The notes below the pieces were generated by a model. It saw only the letters and a list, made by a program, of their open reading frames with translations. It was not told the DNA's origin and did no database searches. From Patescibacteria group bacterium (GTDB lineage Bacteria > Patescibacteriota > Patescibacteriia > UBA1558 > GWA2-36-10): a DNA stretch of 64,000 nt. The translations under genes were made by a program, and so were the position numbers. The stretch spans positions 86,466-150,465 of the forward strand of contig JBAZKN010000003.1 in assembly GCA_041650755.1 (NCBI GenBank), in the 5' to 3' direction. This document shows positions 10,101 through 20,576 of this stretch, one piece after another; within the stretch, counting starts at the first letter, position 1; every line of letters starts with the position of its first letter.

Positions 10101-11147
10101 TTATTCATAAAGATTGATTATTAGTTTATTTGTCCTGATGGCCTGCAAATATTGCTCAATCTCGATCAATAACTCATTTAATCTGGCGCTACGGGCATAA
10201 AATAGAAAAACAGAGGTGCGTAAAGCTGTCCAGGCTTGATATAAGTTTATCCGATTGATAAAAACTTGGTCAATGTCTTCAAAGTTTTCTGAAAAATAGG
10301 CTTCTACAAAAAATTTCTTATAATCATTTATTTTGTTTCTGGGTAAAAGGTTGTTTAACATAAAATCAAACTGCTGTAAAAATATGCCAATGTCAAGACA
10401 AGGATCGCCCCAAGACAAATCAGTAAAATCTATCACTTTGAGATGGTTGGGTTCCAAGCCGCTGACAATGATATTTTCCGGATGAAAATCGCCATGCACC
10501 AAAGTTTTGTTGAAAGTCGCCGCCAGACTAGCCTCTATTCCCAAAATGTCCCTTAGGGCAGTTTTTATAATTTCCCCTTCACTTGGCTTATATTGGCTAA
10601 AATCAGCTAAAAAATCTCCAGTCTTGGGGGTCATGTCTTTAATGAAAAAATCCTTAACCTTGAGGTTTATGGCGCTAGCCTCTAGGTTATGCAGTCGGGT
10701 CAGCCAATTGGCTGCCATGGTCAAAACTGGATGCAAATCTCTCTGCGGTTCATCGCTAATTAATTTTTTCAAAATCCTGCCCCTAACTCCCTCATAAAAA
10801 AAAGCTTGCATATCCGGCAAATAAAATAATGGCTTGGGCACCAAATAGTGGCCACTGGCAAAACCATGTTGATACAAAAACTGATTATTTAAATAGGCGG
10901 CTTGTCTTGAGCCATCGGTGTGAGCGGAGACGAAAATATTTAAATAGGCTTGGCTACCGGTTTGTTTCTGGTAGGTGCATAAATAGCCAACTACATAAAC
11001 CGCACTAGTGCGACCAAGATGTTTTTTGTAGGGCCGAAGCTCAATATTCAAAATTTCCTTGAATTCAGGATAATATTTTGGTAAGTATTGCATCAACAAT
11101 CGCCGCACATAATCCTCTTCCAATAATTTTTTCAAATCAGTAATCAT
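10101..11147 (-). CDS. Aminoglycoside phosphotransferase/choline kinase-family phosphotransferase
   Basis: Brenner motif LVHGDFHPENI and VIDF. Confidence 0.8.
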   Translation of the reverse strand: MITDLKKLLEEDYVRRLLMQYLPKYYPEFKEILNIELRPYKKHLGRTSAVYVVGYLCTYQKQTGSQAYLNIFVSAHTDGSRQAAYLNNQFLYQHGFASGHYLVPKPLFYLPDMQAFFYEGVRGRILKKLISDEPQRDLHPVLTMAANWLTRLHNLEASAINLKVKDFFIKDMTPKTGDFLADFSQYKPSEGEIIKTALRDILGIEASLAATFNKTLVHGDFHPENIIVSGLEPNHLKVIDFTDLSWGDPCLDIGIFLQQFDFMLNNLLPRNKINDYKKFFVEAYFSENFEDIDQVFINRINLYQAWTALRTSVFLFYARSARLNELLIEIEQYLQAIRTNKLIINLYE

Positions 11148-11155
11148 TTTTCTTA

Positions 11156-12313
11156 TTAATTATTTTTATAATATTTGCGCCAATGGTCAAGCCAGAGATG
11201 TCTTTTTATATCAAGACAGATTTCCTCGGCCCTGATCTTGTCTTTGCTTGATGCCGAACCAAGTGAGCGAATACTACGCACCAGATCATCTGCCCCCTGA
11301 TCAACCATGTCCGGATGCCAAGTCAGCGCAGAAAATGGCGATGGCTTTTTGGCGCTAGCCCACCACCAAACACAAGACGACAAGCCCCTGTCTAAATGCC
11401 GGCGCGCCCAAGTAATATTTTTGTCTTTGGCTGATTTGCCCACTAAAACAATGGCTAGATTAGCTAAACGCCATAAATTGATATGAATATTGTTTTTCGG
11501 GTCAGACCACATGGCATAAGGTATACCCTTTTTCAGCTCTGCCTCGGTGCTTGCTTGGGAAGCTGGACGCAAATCAATATTTTGGCTCTTTTTTAAAGCA
11601 GACAGGTATTTGGTGGCCGTCAAAACCTGTAAATTTTTATCCAATAATATTTTTTCTATATGGCCTTGCCAATCGGTATGAAAATGCCCATAAATCTCTC
11701 CATCGGTAGCAGTGATTATCAACTGAGATTGCTTTAGGCTCCTTAACTTGTGAAAAATAATCTCTGGTGGATATGACCTGGAAATTTCTCGATTGCGAAA
11801 AACTACCGTGAGCCCCAAATTTTTTATTTTATACAAAATTTTATTGTCGACCGCACCACGATAAACAATCGGATCCAAAATAATCCACTGAAAACCCAGT
11901 TGTTTGATGATTTTGGCAACTGGCAAGCTATAGGCCATCTCAGGTAAATAAAAGCCTGATATTTTTATTTTACCAAAATATTTCTTTAAAATGGCCTGGT
12001 TTAGCTCAATCTGCCTGATAATTTCAAACTTTGGTAAGAGTGGTAAAAGCGGGTGATAATAAGCCGACGCCGTCAACTCCACTCGACCACTGGCTACTGC
12101 ATCCTTAAGCCTAGCTAAAATATCAGGATGTTGAGCAGCCAGAACCTCTACTAGATTCCCACTAATATTCAAAGTAAAAGAAAACTTTGGATATTTGGCT
12201 AGCAGAGTCAAAAGATAATCGTAGCTCTGGTTGGCCACCTGTTCAATCACGCCCCTGTCTTGCCAGGGCGGCTGATAAATATGCAAAAAATTAACCCAAG
12301 TTATTTTATCCAT
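11156..12313 (-). CDS. Glycoside hydrolase family 57 protein
   Basis: LHIYQP, YYHPLLPL, FYLPEMAY (nucleophile Glu) and TDGE. Confidence 0.88.
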   Translation of the reverse strand: MDKITWVNFLHIYQPPWQDRGVIEQVANQSYDYLLTLLAKYPKFSFTLNISGNLVEVLAAQHPDILARLKDAVASGRVELTASAYYHPLLPLLPKFEIIRQIELNQAILKKYFGKIKISGFYLPEMAYSLPVAKIIKQLGFQWIILDPIVYRGAVDNKILYKIKNLGLTVVFRNREISRSYPPEIIFHKLRSLKQSQLIITATDGEIYGHFHTDWQGHIEKILLDKNLQVLTATKYLSALKKSQNIDLRPASQASTEAELKKGIPYAMWSDPKNNIHINLWRLANLAIVLVGKSAKDKNITWARRHLDRGLSSCVWWWASAKKPSPFSALTWHPDMVDQGADDLVRSIRSLGSASSKDKIRAEEICLDIKRHLWLDHWRKYYKNN

Positions 12314-12395
12314 CCCGTTAGAAATTATAGTAAAATTTATTCATTAGAATATGTATTTACACGTACCCGCTAGATATAGTAAATTTCTAGCAGGA

Positions 12396-13865
12396 TTAAT
12401 TTTTGTTTTTTATAGCTTTTTGATATAGCTCAATATATTCTTTGGCCGGCAACTCCCAGGAAAAAGACGACTTCATACCTCGGCAGGCCAAGTCTCGCCA
12501 AACTTTCTTGTGTTTATAGGTTTCTAAAGCTCTGGTCAAAGCAATCAAAAACTCCTGCTGGTCATAATTTTTGAAAGTAAAGCCGGTACCCCTTTTATTG
12601 GCTGGCTCAAAATTTTCTACAGTATCATTTAAACCCCCTGTTTGTCTGACTATTGGCACGCAGCCATAACGAAAACTTTTCATTTGGTTGATGCCACAAG
12701 GCTCCTGATGAGAAGGCAGTAAAAATATATCTGAACCGGCATAAATCAAGGTCTCATATTTAAATAACGTCTCCTGAGAAGGAACGACTGCCAGCTGCTT
12801 GGGGTATTGTTTGGCTAACCTGGCAAATTCCTTGAGATATTGTTTGTCGCCTGAACCGATGATTATCAGCTGGGCACCAAGGTCCATGATATTTTTAGTA
12901 ACCCCGGCAATCAGCTCAAAGCCCTTCTGAAAAGTGACTCGTGAAGTAGTGCAAAGTACCGGTGCTTCCGGATCTATGCGCAGGCCGAATAATTTCTGCA
13001 CCTTGGCTTTGTTTATTTTTTTCCTTTTTATTTTTCTATAATCATAGTTAGCCACTAGGCCAAGATCGTTGATCGGGTTAAAATCCTTATAATCAATGCC
13101 GTTGACTATACCAAATAATCTATCCTGATGATTGCGCAAAATTCTATGTAAATCCTGACCAAATGTCGGTCGCAAGATCTCCTTAGCATAAGTCTCCGAA
13201 ACGGTATTGACCACGTCAGCATGCAAAATACCTCTTTTGGCAAAATTAATATGCTCTAATTTTTTGTCAGAAAATTTTGGCAAAGATTTCTGGCCCTTAT
13301 CCCGATATTTTAGCGGCACTTCCCACCAATTATGCCCCAGTTGAAAAACTAAATTATGAATGGTAAAAACCGTAGCTGCCCCGGCAAGCGTTTGACTGTG
13401 CTTAAAACGAGTTTTCTTTAAATATGGTATCAAGCCAGTATGCCAGTCATGGCAATGAATAATGTCGGCCGGAAATTTCAATAAAGAAATCAACTTTAGA
13501 CAGGCCACATCAAATAAATAAAAACGGGCATTTTCATGATCCGAGCCATAAAGTTTTTTGTGGCGAGAAAAATATTTTTCATTACCAACAAAATATACCT
13601 TCAGGCCGGGCATCAACTCACCCCGATAATAGCTAACAGGGGTTTCCGTCTGATCATCAATTTTTAATTTGACATCAGAGTAAATTAACTCCAAGTGATG
13701 CGCTTTTGGGTCTATTGCCTTGCCATAAAAAGGCGTAATAATAATCACCTCGTGCCCCAAGCGATGGAGAGCCTTAGGCAGTGATCTGGTAACATCAGCC
13801 AGCCCCCCGGTCTTGGAATAGGGATGGACCTCCGAAGCGATGGAGACTATTTTTAATGCCTTCAT
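12396..13865 (-). CDS. glgA: Glycogen/starch synthase (GT5), second copy
   Basis: KTGGLADV, HCHDWHT and PSHQEPCGI. Confidence 0.92.
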   Translation of the reverse strand: MKALKIVSIASEVHPYSKTGGLADVTRSLPKALHRLGHEVIIITPFYGKAIDPKAHHLELIYSDVKLKIDDQTETPVSYYRGELMPGLKVYFVGNEKYFSRHKKLYGSDHENARFYLFDVACLKLISLLKFPADIIHCHDWHTGLIPYLKKTRFKHSQTLAGAATVFTIHNLVFQLGHNWWEVPLKYRDKGQKSLPKFSDKKLEHINFAKRGILHADVVNTVSETYAKEILRPTFGQDLHRILRNHQDRLFGIVNGIDYKDFNPINDLGLVANYDYRKIKRKKINKAKVQKLFGLRIDPEAPVLCTTSRVTFQKGFELIAGVTKNIMDLGAQLIIIGSGDKQYLKEFARLAKQYPKQLAVVPSQETLFKYETLIYAGSDIFLLPSHQEPCGINQMKSFRYGCVPIVRQTGGLNDTVENFEPANKRGTGFTFKNYDQQEFLIALTRALETYKHKKVWRDLACRGMKSSFSWELPAKEYIELYQKAIKNKN

Positions 13866-13866
13866 T

Positions 13867-14358
13867 TTAAACTAAATTCTTATTAAAATAGGCGGCTGTA
13901 ATGGCAACTGCCAAGGCATCAGCCGCATCGTCTGGCTTGGGTACGCTAGACAAACGCAAAAGGCTCTTTACCATTAAGCCGACTTGTTTTTTGCTGGCTG
14001 TCCCGCTGGCAGCAATAGCCTGTTTTATCTGCAAGGGGGTGAACTCTACCAATTGCCTATTAGACTGCTCAATGGCCAGCAAAACTACTCCTCTGGCTTG
14101 ACCAACAGCCAAGGCGGTTTTGACATTTTTGGCAAAGAATAGCTTTTCTACGGCCACAATATCCGGCCGGTGCTGTTCAATCAAGCTTAAAATTTCCTTA
14201 TATATCTCTTGCGCGCGTCTAGAAAAACTGAATCGCGGGCTAGTCCTTATGCTGCCGGCTGCCACAAACTTCAAAATCTGCCCATGTTTACTGAGCACGC
14301 CAAAACCAGTATCTGCTAGTCCCGGGTCTAAGCCTAAAATGATGGTAGCTTTTGGCAT
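13867..14358 (-). CDS. ruvC: Holliday junction resolvase
   Basis: ILGLDPG, AVEKLFF and DDAADALAVA. Confidence 0.95.
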   Translation of the reverse strand: MPKATIILGLDPGLADTGFGVLSKHGQILKFVAAGSIRTSPRFSFSRRAQEIYKEILSLIEQHRPDIVAVEKLFFAKNVKTALAVGQARGVVLLAIEQSNRQLVEFTPLQIKQAIAASGTASKKQVGLMVKSLLRLSSVPKPDDAADALAVAITAAYFNKNLV

Positions 14359-14361
14359 CAA

Positions 14362-15066
14362 TCAGATATTAGCGTTGGTATAAATATTGTCGACGTCATC
14401 GTCATCATCTAATGCATCCAAAAGACGCAACAACTTATCTGGATCAGATAAATTCACTTGGTTCTTGGCTTGGTATATAATCTCTGACGACTTAATAAGA
14501 AAATTTTTACTTTGCAAATTATTTTTTACTTTTTCTAGATCATTGAGCTCGGTGATAATCCTAATCTGCTCATCGTGAATAATATCCAAAGCACCGGCCT
14601 CAATAATATCTAATTCTGCCTGCTCACTCAAATTGCTTTGCCCCAGATCAATGGCCCCTCGAATGTCAAACATCCACAAAACGCTGCCCGCGCCGGCCAG
14701 ATTGCCGTCATATTTACTAAGAATATTTTTTATATTAGCAACCGCTCGATTTTTATTATCAGTCACCACTTCGATAAGCAATGCTGCGCCCTCTGGACCA
14801 TAGGCCTCATATAGTAAGCTCTCAATGCTGTTACCGTCACCCACGCCGGCCGCCCGCTTGATAGCCCGCTCAATGCTGTCTTTGGGCATATTTAAATCAC
14901 GGGCCTTATCAATGGCCATGCGCAATTTAAAATTGGCGTTTGGGTCCAAGCCACCACGAGCAGCTACGGTAATATTTTTTGAAAGTTTAGTAAATAAATT
15001 ACTGCGCTTGGCATCAACTGCCGCTTTGGCCCTTTTGGTCGTTGCCCACTTTGAATGACCACTCAT
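14362..15066 (-). CDS. yebC: YebC/PmpR family protein
   Basis: MSGHSKW start; YEAYGPEG; TDNKNR. Confidence 0.93.
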   Translation of the reverse strand: MSGHSKWATTKRAKAAVDAKRSNLFTKLSKNITVAARGGLDPNANFKLRMAIDKARDLNMPKDSIERAIKRAAGVGDGNSIESLLYEAYGPEGAALLIEVVTDNKNRAVANIKNILSKYDGNLAGAGSVLWMFDIRGAIDLGQSNLSEQAELDIIEAGALDIIHDEQIRIITELNDLEKVKNNLQSKNFLIKSSEIIYQAKNQVNLSDPDKLLRLLDALDDDDDVDNIYTNANI

Positions 15067-15323
15067 AAAAACCGTAAAAATCACTGATAAAAAATAGCTA
15101 GTAAAGCTGTGTTTATGTGTCTATCTTAACAATTATCAGGTAAAAAATCAACCCGCTCACCCTTGTGTAAAAAAGCCCTTGACTATTCGATTGGTCCATG
15201 AGAAACTAAACTCAGTTAAAAAATCCCAACCCCTTCTCACATCTCCGCGCCCATGCCTGGCGGAGATTTTTTATTCTTATTCTTTTCTTGGCGTACTATA
15301 CTTTTTTTTGCTACAATAAAGCC

Positions 15324-16937
15324 ATGCCTAAAATGAAAATGTATATCAATTGGCGCTTGTTGAGAACTGGATTTTTCGATTGGCGACTAAACTATGCCGG
15401 TATTTTTTTACTTATGCTGGGCTACTACGGCTGGCTGCAGCGCGTCCCTTATATCGGCGATCCTGATGGCTTCTATCATGCCAAAATGGCTGTGTTTTTG
15501 CGCCAAGGCATTATTCTAAAATCTTTACCCTGGATGCAATTTAGCACTTTGCGGGATCATTTCACCGACCATCATCTCCTCTATCATATATTACTGGCGC
15601 CATTTACTCTTATCCAAGATAACCCACTGCTTGGCGTCAAAATTGCCGCTATAGTTTTTGCCGCCATAATGGTGACTGTTTTTTATTGGCTACTAAAAAA
15701 ATTAGATATTGCCTGGCCGGCTTGGCTAACCCTACTTTTCGTCACCTTATCCGGTTTAAATTTTCGTCTAGCTTTAATAAAAGTAAGCCCCCTATCAATA
15801 CTAGTTGTCTGGCTGCTAATTTACGCTTTATACAAAGAAAAGAATTGGCTTACCTTTGCCTTGGGTTTTATCTTTGTCTGGCTGTATGGCGGCTGGCCCA
15901 TAGCTCTGATGGTATTACTTGCTTATCTGCTGGCGGAAAAAATATACATTTTTATCCATCAGAAAAAAATTAATCTGCTGCACAAAAAGATAGTATTAGC
16001 TCTCCCTTTTGCCCACAAATCTAAAGCTTATTTCCGCCAAAGCTTGGCGCTAATCTCCGGCCTAGTTGCTGGCCTTATTGTAAATCCTTATTTCCCAACT
16101 AATTTATATTTTTATTACCAACAATTTGTCCAAATCGGTGTTATCAATATGGGCAATAAATTTTCGGTGGGGGAAGAGTGGTATGGGGCCAACTTTGGCC
16201 AAGTGGTCAGTGTCGCGCCCCACATATTTGCCTTGGCTTGTGTTTTGTTTGTCATTCTATTTTACAACCACCGCCGCATCAGTCGCCTGACCATATTTAG
16301 CTTTGGTCTGACTTTTGTCTTCTTATTTCTAACCATGAAGTCGCGCCGCTACTTAGAATATTATTCTCCATTTTTATTATTATATGCTGCCACAGCCTTA
16401 AATGATGTCAAAAACGCCATTTCTTGGAAAAAAATGAACAAATTTTGGGATAGTCTAGCCTGGTATGTAAGAACTTATTTAGCTATTACCGTATTATTTT
16501 TCTGCATACTGGCTATGCCAAAAATATATGAACAAGCCCTCAATACGGCTATAAATAAACGGCTGCCCTTAAACCAATTTGCCGGAGCGGCCAATTGGCT
16601 AAAAAACAACACGCCAGCACACAGCTTGGTCTTCCATACTGACTGGGATGAGTGGCCGATGTTATTCTATTTTAATGACCAAAATTATTATATGGTTGGG
16701 CTGGACTTTACTTTTATGTACAACTATAGTCCGGAGCTACAAAAAGAATACATTGACATCACCACCAACCAAATGCCAGAGCCCTTGGCCAAAAAAATCA
16801 AACAAGATTTTGGGGCCAGTTATATATTTATAGAAAAAATGGACCGCGATAATCTAATAAAAAAATTAGAAACCGATCCGGATATGTCCCGAGTCTATAA
16901 TGATGAAAAAACTTCCATCTACAAAATAAATCTATGA
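15324..16937 (+). CDS. Multi-TM protein, probable GT-C fold glycosyltransferase
   Basis: First loop GDPDGFYH, about 12 TM segments and a C-terminal soluble domain with DWD; start codon uncertain. Confidence 0.6.
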   Translation: MPKMKMYINWRLLRTGFFDWRLNYAGIFLLMLGYYGWLQRVPYIGDPDGFYHAKMAVFLRQGIILKSLPWMQFSTLRDHFTDHHLLYHILLAPFTLIQDNPLLGVKIAAIVFAAIMVTVFYWLLKKLDIAWPAWLTLLFVTLSGLNFRLALIKVSPLSILVVWLLIYALYKEKNWLTFALGFIFVWLYGGWPIALMVLLAYLLAEKIYIFIHQKKINLLHKKIVLALPFAHKSKAYFRQSLALISGLVAGLIVNPYFPTNLYFYYQQFVQIGVINMGNKFSVGEEWYGANFGQVVSVAPHIFALACVLFVILFYNHRRISRLTIFSFGLTFVFLFLTMKSRRYLEYYSPFLLLYAATALNDVKNAISWKKMNKFWDSLAWYVRTYLAITVLFFCILAMPKIYEQALNTAINKRLPLNQFAGAANWLKNNTPAHSLVFHTDWDEWPMLFYFNDQNYYMVGLDFTFMYNYSPELQKEYIDITTNQMPEPLAKKIKQDFGASYIFIEKMDRDNLIKKLETDPDMSRVYNDEKTSIYKINL

Positions 16938-18526
16938 AAAAAATATCTGTTTGGTTCAAAAAAAATTGGGTCCTGATTACTATAATTATAATATTTTTAT
17001 TATTAAACAATCTCAATTATCTAGCTGGTTTTCTATTTAGCGTGAAATCGACTGATCTTATATACGGCGGTGCACCAACCACCAATATTGGCGACTATAA
17101 TGTTTATCTGTCATACATACAACAGGGTTGGCAAGGCCACCTATTCATGAAAATATTATACAACCCGGCTAGCCGATATCTTTTATTTTCCCCTATTTGG
17201 TTTCTCATCGGGCAGTTCAACCGCCTGACCGATCTAAATATAATCTTCAGCTACCACTTATTTAGGGCTTTACTTAGTTTGGTATTTATTGGCGTACTTT
17301 ATTGGTGGCTAAAAAAAATATTTAACCAAAAATGGCTACGCTTGTCTGCTTTAGCCTTTATTTTATTTAGTAATGGTTTTGGCTTATTTTTTCTCAATAT
17401 TTTACATCATTATCAGTTGTCGCCAAGCAATCAATGGATACCGGAATCTATTACTTTTTTAAACCTCAATCAGGGCCCTCTATTCATCATCTCCCAAGCC
17501 TTACTGCTACTGGTCTTTAGCCTGTTCATAAAGGCCTGGCAAGAAAGAAGACCCCGGCTCCTGTTTTGGGCCTGTCTAGCCAACTTATTTTTAGGTTTAA
17601 ATCATCCCTATGACCTGGTGACTATAATGTGCATTCTCTTGATCTTTACTACTTGGGAGTATCTAGAAAAAAGACAAATTAAGATTATTTTTTATTATGC
17701 TGCTTTGGGTATCTCCACTTTGCTGGCTGGCGCCTACCTGCTCTACTTGCTCAAAGACCCCAGCATGCAACAATACCAGGCGCAAAACATACTGCTGTCA
17801 AAAAACATCTGGGAATATATTTTTGGTTTTGGTGCTTTGACTGTTCTGTCTCTACTGGGAATATTTTATGTATTAAAACAAAAATTATATATCAACCCTC
17901 ACATCAAATTACTGGCTATCTGGGCACTATGCGGCTGGGTCCTAGTGTACTTGCCGCTTGACTTTAACCGGCGTCTAAGTAATGGCTGGCACATTGCCCT
18001 GGCCGCCATAAGTTTTTTGGCTATTATCCAAATTTCTAAAAAAATAAATTTTTACTGGCGCCTGATTTTTTTAGGTTTTATAATGAGTGTTTGCCTTTTT
18101 GACACTCTGGGGCACATAATAAATGATGTTATTATTACCCGAGACATCGCCAGGCGGCCTCTATTTTTTTTCAGCCAGGCGCGGATGAAAAATTATCAAT
18201 TTATTAAAAAAATAAACACCGAGCACGATGTGTTTTTAAGCCGTAATAACGACGCCGGACTTTTACCGGCCTTTACCGGCTGCACTGTCTATATGGGCAA
18301 TTCCATACTCACGCCCAATGCCAGCCAAAAAAATGCGCAAATTGCCAATCTTTGGGCTAGCCGACAAGATATTGGTGATTGGCTAAAAGACAATAAAATC
18401 ACCTATATCTTTGCCAGCCGAGACTATATACCGGAATTTGAACAAATAAAATGGCTGGCCGATCAGCCATATATAGAGCCGGTTATTGATAATGATTCTT
18501 TTTTATTATACAAGGTCAGAAGCTGA
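16934..18526 (+). CDS. Multi-TM protein, probable GT-C fold glycosyltransferase
   Basis: First loop GDYNVYLSYI, HPYD motif and many TM segments; overlaps the upstream gene by 4 nt. Confidence 0.55.
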   Translation: MKKISVWFKKNWVLITIIIIFLLLNNLNYLAGFLFSVKSTDLIYGGAPTTNIGDYNVYLSYIQQGWQGHLFMKILYNPASRYLLFSPIWFLIGQFNRLTDLNIIFSYHLFRALLSLVFIGVLYWWLKKIFNQKWLRLSALAFILFSNGFGLFFLNILHHYQLSPSNQWIPESITFLNLNQGPLFIISQALLLLVFSLFIKAWQERRPRLLFWACLANLFLGLNHPYDLVTIMCILLIFTTWEYLEKRQIKIIFYYAALGISTLLAGAYLLYLLKDPSMQQYQAQNILLSKNIWEYIFGFGALTVLSLLGIFYVLKQKLYINPHIKLLAIWALCGWVLVYLPLDFNRRLSNGWHIALAAISFLAIIQISKKINFYWRLIFLGFIMSVCLFDTLGHIINDVIITRDIARRPLFFFSQARMKNYQFIKKINTEHDVFLSRNNDAGLLPAFTGCTVYMGNSILTPNASQKNAQIANLWASRQDIGDWLKDNKITYIFASRDYIPEFEQIKWLADQPYIEPVIDNDSFLLYKVRS

Positions 18527-20405
18527 CCCGCCCGCCAAGCGGCTCAAGTTTAGCATCTAGATAAACCTCATTGATCTGACCCAGCTTATTATCACCACTC
18601 CAATAAAAGACTTGATAACTGTCCACTGCAACCTCTGGATAATAATAAAAATTAACCAGTTTATCATCGGGCCAGTCTTTGACTGGCAATAAGCCATAAT
18701 CAAGCGGCAAATCAAAATAATATTCGCCCCGATAAAAACGCACTAGATAATTTTTTTCCTGATCACCGGTCTTTTGATAACTTATTTTTAATACCGACCT
18801 ATCACCATCTATTTGTCTTTGGCCATAAACGACCATGCCCTGCTCTATCTTATCGGGCAAAGCACTAAAATCATAAAGCTTTAATTCTGGCCGCTGGCTG
18901 AATTTTTTATTTTGCCATAAATACATATTATTTTCTGCCCTGACCAAGCCATAGCCAGACAATATCTGACGCCAGTGCTTAGCCATATTGGGCCAATATG
19001 CCCTGGTGGGTGCTTTCTGGGCCTCTGATAGGGTGGTCAAAAAATCATTATAATCGACCACAATATAGTCGACTTCCGGCATCTCAAATTCAGTAAAGAC
19101 AAACTGTGAAACTCCAAAATAGGCATAATCTAAATTATATAAAGTCGACCGATTGCTTAGGGCTGGCAATAAATTTACCTGGGCAGTGGCTATAGCAGTA
19201 TCTGGTATCTCCTGCAAGAAACTGACCACCTGCTCGTGATATCCTGCAGGATAAGTCCTGGCCAAAATATGCCTGGCCGGCGAAAGAAAAACAGCAAAAT
19301 AAAGCAAAGTAAAAATAAAAATAAATTTAAAAAAACCAAAATTATTATAAACCACCCCACTGCCTAAAAATTTTTCTCGCTGGCTGATCTTGTCTAAAGC
19401 AAAGATTAGCGCCACGAAAATGCCTGGTAGAATTAATAACACAAAACGACTGCTATAAGCTACGCTAGAAAAACCGGCCGTACCCAAAGCTAGTTGTAAA
19501 AACGGCAATAATGACAACAATAAATATTTTGGCTTCAAAATAGGCAAAAATAACAAGGGCAGCAGCACAATAGCTAAACTAGATATGTTTCTCCAGGAAA
19601 ATAGGTGCGCTAAAAAAGCTATCGGGTGACTTAGCCAACTTAAAAATATAGACCACAGGTCTTTGCCGCCCAACCAACCATAATAGATAAAATATTTATA
19701 ATTACCGGCCAAAGAAAAATATTTGATAATAAAAACTGCTAAGATAAAATATGAAATCGGTAATAAAATACTGGTTATTTTCCATTTAACGCTTTTTTTG
19801 TCAAAGAAAGACAGACCAAAAAAGGCCAGCAAAATAAAACTGATGTCTTCTCTGACCAGGAGCGCTAAAATAAAAAATAATAAAAATAATTTATAATTAT
19901 TTTTTAGATAAAAATAAAAACAAAATAAAACCAAAAAGGCGGCCATATACATCAGATGGGATTCATCTAAGTTGGCACTTTGGACAAATGGACTCAAGAG
20001 CCAGGCAATAGCTGCCAGCAAACTCAGTTGAATATTTTTGGTCACCTGCTTGGCAATCAAGTAGAGCGGCCAAGCTGATAAACCCAAAAAAATTGTTTGT
20101 AAAATCAGCAGGACCTGCGGGCCCGGCTTAATGGCGTAAAATGGCAATAGCAAAATAATGATGGGGGAAAAATGATCGCCTAAATAACTATTTAGAGTAA
20201 TCGTCTCTTGAAACCAGCGGCCATGCAGAGTGTTAAAAAATACTTGGTTAAAAATAGCTAGGTCACTGACATTATAAGTAAAATAATAATATCTTTTGAG
20301 TGCCAAAAAAATAAAAACTGCAGTGTATATGGCTATTACCAACCACAAAAATAAGCTAGCCCGTCTATTTAAAATAATATTTATTTTATTTTTGAATACA
20401 GGCAT
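18516..20405 (-). CDS. DUF2079-like membrane protein (GT-C-like)
   Basis: DLAIFNQ, LGDHFSPI and LLVRED motifs. Confidence 0.7.
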   Translation of the reverse strand: MPVFKNKINIILNRRASLFLWLVIAIYTAVFIFLALKRYYYFTYNVSDLAIFNQVFFNTLHGRWFQETITLNSYLGDHFSPIIILLLPFYAIKPGPQVLLILQTIFLGLSAWPLYLIAKQVTKNIQLSLLAAIAWLLSPFVQSANLDESHLMYMAAFLVLFCFYFYLKNNYKLFLLFFILALLVREDISFILLAFFGLSFFDKKSVKWKITSILLPISYFILAVFIIKYFSLAGNYKYFIYYGWLGGKDLWSIFLSWLSHPIAFLAHLFSWRNISSLAIVLLPLLFLPILKPKYLLLSLLPFLQLALGTAGFSSVAYSSRFVLLILPGIFVALIFALDKISQREKFLGSGVVYNNFGFFKFIFIFTLLYFAVFLSPARHILARTYPAGYHEQVVSFLQEIPDTAIATAQVNLLPALSNRSTLYNLDYAYFGVSQFVFTEFEMPEVDYIVVDYNDFLTTLSEAQKAPTRAYWPNMAKHWRQILSGYGLVRAENNMYLWQNKKFSQRPELKLYDFSALPDKIEQGMVVYGQRQIDGDRSVLKISYQKTGDQEKNYLVRFYRGEYYFDLPLDYGLLPVKDWPDDKLVNFYYYPEVAVDSYQVFYWSGDNKLGQINEVYLDAKLEPLGGRVSF

Positions 20406-20441
20406 GCAAATATTATAACATGGTAAAAAATTTCTTACCTC

Positions 20442-20470
20442 TTGACAAAAGCAGATTTGTATTATATAAT
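20442..20470 (+). promoter_or_regulatory. Consensus sigma70 promoter of GC-rich orphan gene A
   Basis: Exact TTGACA-17 nt-TATAAT. Confidence 0.75.
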
Positions 20471-20576
20471 ATAATGTTGAATAGAAAGCCGCGCCAAAAA
20501 CCCTTGGATTGACGGCTTTTGCCCTTTACAACACACCACAGCGTTCTCTGCCCAAAAAAGGCAGAAAGGAGCCACC

